From NCBI RefSeq assembly GCF_009914755.1, contig NC_060947.1: 64,000 nucleotides of DNA. One strand, written 5' to 3'. Numbering within the stretch: the stretch's first letter is position 1; each line of letters starts with the position of its first letter. Below the pieces are notes generated by a model, which searched no databases, had not been told where the DNA came from, and saw only the letters and a program-made list of their open reading frames with translations. Source of the DNA: the human T2T-CHM13v2.0 reference genome, Homo sapiens. Below are positions 62,561 through 64,000 of this stretch, in pieces. The position numbers and the translations under genes are program-made.

Positions 62561-64000
62561 ATTTTATATCATGGGCTGTGACCAGCCTCATATTATCTGA
62601 AGGCATTGTAGGGGAAAAAAGTGTAACATTTTATAAGTTGTCTTTCATGTTTTTAAAACCAGGGTAATTGAACTTGAGATTATTTTCAAAGAAGTGAATA
62701 GAACATGTGACAGAAAGAGAATGTGAATAAACCTCCATCAAATAAGGCTCAAATCCTTATTTGAGCATAGTAACGAATAGTTATTCAACTTTCCCAGGCC
62801 TTTGGTAGATAATGCAATACAATCATTTTGCGTTTTCTCCCTTTACAATGCAGTAATTGCTACTGTATTTTTTGATGGGCAAAATGACAGATAATGACAT
62901 CTATTCCAATAACAACCCTCCTAAGCCCACATGCTGATGTGTTATTTGATGGTTTCAGGAAAGAAATCTAAGACTTGCGAATTTGCATACTTGTATGTAA
63001 ACATTTTTAAACAACTTCCTCGATTTAAGAAGATAAGAAAATATATCTTCAAAAGAACTCTATAGCTCTTCCCCTTACATTTTATCTACTACTTAGTAAA
63101 GTAATAATTTTAAAAAATTCTAGCCAATTCCACTGAAGACAATATGGAGACTTGAGACTTTCCTGTGTACTAGAGATGAAGATTGTCTGCTAAAAAGGAC
63201 CTATCTCAAAATGAAACACTTGTTTTTATTTCATCCATGGGTTGACTGCTCCTTGAGTAGTGACAACCTTATTAAAAACAGCTCAAGGCTGTTTTAGGTC
63301 TCTGTTTAGGACAGGCGAGATAATGAATCTTCTGATGCCACCTAAGTGAGCACCAACACAAACCAATGTCAAAAAGTTTCTGCCGAGATGAGTAAGGAAC
63401 AAAAATTGCACTGCCAGGAAGGGTAACTATTTTTGAATAGCAATTTCCACTGGGAAAAACTTTTGCATACAATTTCTCTTCTTATCTCTGCAGGAACACT
63501 GTGAAGTGTGTAGTATTTCCTCTTCACAATAATAAAGTTGGCTTACAGAGATAAAGTGATTGGTCCAAAGTCTCATGATCAGTTTTTGGCAAATCCAAAA
63601 CCCCAGATAAAGAATTTAACTCCAATAGCATTTCCCAAAATAGAATCAACTTTAAGAGACAGAAGAACATTAAAATGGCAATTTTCCATTTTCAAATATA
63701 ATTTTTAATAATCATATGTCCAGAGAATTTAAATGCAATATACAAACTTATTAAAATACTTTTTATAAAGTCATAACTTACTGTTAACATGACTCCCTTT
63801 AAATGTCTCCAGAAAGATCATAAAATGAGATAGAGAGTGTATTTTTATTGAATATAAATTTGGGTTATAAAATATTATGAAAATATAACTTGGCAAATAT
63901 TGCACACATTTTTCTGTTCACAGTACTCACATCTCTATTGTATCAAGTTAAGATTCATCCTGATTCCTCCACTGGAAGGAATATCAGTGTTTTCTACTTA

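Overview
Primate (human-like) non-coding genomic DNA. It is AT-rich, CpG-depleted and roughly half interspersed repeats: about 15 Alu copies or fragments, 5'-truncated L1PA/L1PB/L1M copies, L2, MIR and L3 relics, MaLR/ERVL/ERV1 LTR pieces, and hAT/Tigger/Mariner MITEs. No protein-coding gene, tRNA, rRNA or CRISPR array can be supported; the longest ORFs in the track are L1 ORF2 remnants or Alu/simple-repeat artefacts. Repeat subfamily names are from recalled consensus motifs, not a RepeatMasker run, and I cannot name the locus. The best non-repeat signals are four. (1) A coherent minus-strand TATA promoter with an Inr-like start, a ~234-nt first exon and a GTGAGT donor at 62084-62560, plus several well-formed candidate downstream exons; this suggests most of the window is intronic to a right-to-left transcript. 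(2) A highly degenerate 15-bp minisatellite at 36728-39520, split by two independent L1 insertions that each keep their target-site duplication, which makes the array older than an L1MB element. (3) Repeat-poor blocks dense in HOX/PBX/MEIS/FOX/TCF-type motifs that look like enhancers. (4) Local structural oddities: a duplicated palindrome, an old ~1-kb-spaced duplication and a nested transposon stack truncated at an AluY.
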